The notes beneath the pieces are model-generated. The model did no database searches. It saw only the letters and a program-made list of their open reading frames with translations, and was not told the DNA's origin. This document shows positions 62,249-64,000 of a stretch of 64,000 nt of DNA, piece by piece. The stretch's first letter is position 1. Every line of letters starts with the position of its first letter. The position numbers and the translations under genes are program-made. The stretch is from an uncultured Chloroflexia bacterium (lineage in GTDB: Bacteria > Chloroflexota > Anaerolineae > Promineifilales > UBA4811), in assembly GCA_963707345.1 (NCBI GenBank), contig CAVPPE010000003.1, forward strand, positions 128,072 to 192,071, written 5' to 3'.

Positions 62249-63538
62249 ATGTACACGGTTCCCTTTGATAAAGGTGAGATTACCTTTGACCTGCCGGCCG
62301 GGATGACCGCCACGGTAGCCGTCTCGCAGCCGGCCCCCCCGATTGCGGATTTCCCGGACGCCATCCGCCGCGCGCTGGTTGAGCCCATCAACTCGCCGCC
62401 GCTGCGCGAACTGGCCAGACCGGGCGACACGGCTTGCATTGTATTCACCGACATTACCCGTTCCAGCCCGGACCATCTGCTGGTGCCGGCGCTGCTGGCC
62501 GAGCTGGAAGCGGCCGGCGTGCGCGACGAGGACATCACCTTGTTGTGCGGCATTGGCATGCACCGGCCGAGCACCGCCGAGGAAAGGGTGGCCAAGCTGG
62601 GGCGGGCGGTGGTGGATCGCTACCGGGTGGTGGACAACGAACCGCAGAACCCGGCCGCGCTGGTCGATCTGGGCACTACTGAGAGCGGCATCCCGCTTTC
62701 GGTCAACAAGATCGCCTATCAGGCGGACTTGCTGATCGCGACCGGTATCGTCGAGCCGCACCAGTATGCCGGCTACTCCGGCGGCCGTAAAACGCTGGCG
62801 GTAGGCGCGGCCGGGGAGGCGATGATCGCCTACACTCACGGGCCGCAGATGATTGACCATCCCGGCACGCGACTGGGGCGGATTGCGGGCAACCCGTTCC
62901 ACGAGGCGGTCACCGAAGCGGCCCGCCGGGCTGGCCTCAAGTTTATCCTCAACGTGGTGCAGGACGACCACAAACGGCCGGTGGCGGTGATGGCGGGCGA
63001 GCCGCAAGCGACCTTTGACGCGCTGGTCCGGGCCGCCAAGCAGGTGTACGAGGTGCCCATCCCACGCCAGTACGACGTGGCGGTGGCCGGAGTTGGCTAC
63101 CCCAAGGACGAAAATCTCTACCAGGCCAGCCGCGCGCCCAGCTACCTCTTTTTCGCCCCCACCTGCGTGGTGCAGGACGGTGGGGTGTTCATCGTGCCCG
63201 CCCCCACCCGCGAAGGGGCCGGCGAAGGGGTTGGCGAGCAGCGCTTTTTGGAAGCCATGCGCGAGGCGGCCGACATGCCCTCGCTGCTGGCCGAATTGCG
63301 CCGCACCGGCTACCCACCCGGCGCTCAACGTGCCTTTGTGATGGCCAAGGTGCTGGAAAAGACCCATGTGATTATTGTTGGCTCAGAGACGCCGCAGGTG
63401 GTCCGCCAGACCAAGATGATCCCGGCCGCGACGATGGATGAAGCCTTCCGTCTGGCGGCGGAGATTATCGGCCGGGATGACCTGGACGTGTTGATTGTGC
63501 CCCATGCCCTCCTGACGTTGCCCATTGTTGGAGATTAG
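62249..63538 (+). CDS. LarA-like (nickel-pincer-dependent lactate racemase family, DUF2088) protein
   Basis: It carries GIGMHRPS, IVEPHQYAGYSGGRKTLAVG and a later THG...HP region, resembling LarA cofactor-binding blocks. A GTG at 62240 is an alternative start. Confidence 0.8.
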   Translation: MYTVPFDKGEITFDLPAGMTATVAVSQPAPPIADFPDAIRRALVEPINSPPLRELARPGDTACIVFTDITRSSPDHLLVPALLAELEAAGVRDEDITLLCGIGMHRPSTAEERVAKLGRAVVDRYRVVDNEPQNPAALVDLGTTESGIPLSVNKIAYQADLLIATGIVEPHQYAGYSGGRKTLAVGAAGEAMIAYTHGPQMIDHPGTRLGRIAGNPFHEAVTEAARRAGLKFILNVVQDDHKRPVAVMAGEPQATFDALVRAAKQVYEVPIPRQYDVAVAGVGYPKDENLYQASRAPSYLFFAPTCVVQDGGVFIVPAPTREGAGEGVGEQRFLEAMREAADMPSLLAELRRTGYPPGAQRAFVMAKVLEKTHVIIVGSETPQVVRQTKMIPAATMDEAFRLAAEIIGRDDLDVLIVPHALLTLPIVGD

Positions 63539-63603
63539 GTATTGGGGAATTTGGTTTCCAACCTCCAATACCCAATATCCAGTTACCAGACAAGGACTCA
63601 ACC

Positions 63604-64000
63604 ATGATCCAATCCCCCCCCAATCCTTTTCCCGATTTCGAGATCCCGGCCGTCGACGAGTACCTGTACTGCATTCGCTGCGGCACCTGCCTGTATACCT
63701 GCCCAACCTACCGCGAAAGCGTGCGCGAGACCGACAGTCCGCGCGGCCGCATCTTTTTAGCTCGCAAGCTGCTGGAAGGTGAGGTTGAGATCACCCCCAA
63801 CCTGATCGAGCAGATGTACCGCTGCCTGGCTTGCGGCGCGTGTGATGCCTCTTGCCCGGTAGGCAACAAACCGGCCGAGATTGCGCTCAAGCTCCGCTGG
63901 CTGGCGCAACAGGCCGAGCCGGCCGGGTGGAAAGAGGTGGTCTTTCACAAGGTGCTGACCAATCCCACGCTGATGGAGGTGGGCACGCTCCCGCTGCGGC
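63604..64000 (+). CDS. GlcF/HdrD-like iron-sulfur oxidoreductase subunit (3'-partial)
   Basis: This ORF is not in the supplied track because it has no stop in the window. My translation from ATG 63604 is MIQSPPNPFPDFEIPAVDEYLYCIRCGTCLYTCPTYRE...YRCLACGACDASCP. That gives two CxxCxxCxxxCP clusters, as in glycolate oxidase subunit GlcF. Confidence 0.75.
   Translation, partial: MIQSPPNPFPDFEIPAVDEYLYCIRCGTCLYTCPTYRESVRETDSPRGRIFLARKLLEGEVEITPNLIEQMYRCLACGACDASCPVGNKPAEIALKLRWLAQQAEPAGWKEVVFHKVLTNPTLMEVGTLPLR

Noticed and set aside
61031-63367. A 778-aa minus-strand ORF spanning the Ldh_2 and LarA-like genes
   Set aside because: It is Arg/Gly/His/Pro-rich and low-complexity, with no recognisable motifs. 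It lies exactly antisense to two plus-strand genes with strong family signatures, RBSs and a promoter. This is a typical shadow ORF of high-GC DNA.
1-64000. CRISPR arrays, transposases/IS elements, prophage or toxin-antitoxin/defence islands
   Set aside because: I saw no regularly spaced direct repeats. No integrase, transposase or recombinase motifs appear in any supplied translation. No cluster resembles a known defence system. The only nuclease-rich locus (14.9-17.2 kb) is reported as an open question rather than as a defence system.

Overview
This is a densely coding, high-GC chromosomal segment with about 55 protein genes and one tRNA-Ser(CGA). I found no CRISPR array, transposase, integrase, prophage or recognisable defence island. 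Several features suggest a Chloroflexota-like (Anaerolineae/Caldilineae-type) bacterium: Pro/Thr-rich linkers, GT-C glycosyltransferases, many GAF/PAS hybrid kinases, a dnaB-dnaD-dnaC string, and recurrent TGnTAYAAT promoters. That taxonomic call is inference only.

Gene order:
- hdrA(partial)-mvhD-aminotransferase-acyltransferase
- a Mos-like protein with moaA
- VOC protein, then an FtsJ/RlmM-like methyltransferase
- methylmalonyl-CoA mutase large subunit plus an orphan EcfT
- two sensor kinases and an aminotransferase
- a tight SNase / membrane protein / unknown / PLD cassette
- VanW, a PT-rich membrane protein, and glnA
- a REC-GAF-GAF-PAS kinase
- a zinc-ribbon membrane protein, then rnd, a beta-CASP hydrolase and tRNA-Ser
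- a long minus-strand run: recD2, murJ, TolB-like lipoprotein, GT39, GH-A hydrolase, glgX, ADP-forming acetyl-CoA synthetase
- tdh-kbl
- bifunctional nuclease, then dnaB, a DnaD-like protein and a tandem-duplicated DnaC-like loader
- a GAF kinase, LysM/M23 peptidase, methyltransferase, M42 peptidase, a broken GT-C gene and a broken kinase-receiver gene
- ZIP transporter
- a transcarboxylase-like 12S-cupin-5S-1.3S operon
- Ldh_2, LarA-like and GlcF(partial)

Most unusual observations:
1. A single ORF encodes two complete DnaC/IstB-type AAA+ loader modules.
2. An uncharacterised four-gene SNase-TM-helical-PLD cassette.
3. A single-subunit molybdenum-storage-protein homolog lies just upstream of moaA.
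4. A structured inverted repeat sits at the predicted 5' end of the acetyl-CoA synthetase mRNA.
5. Six frame disruptions in four genes, all consistent with one extra nucleotide in a short homopolymer. These are most likely sequence error, but should be checked.

Nothing here can be called a new system from sequence alone. All product calls rest on my recognition of motifs in the supplied translations, not on database searches.
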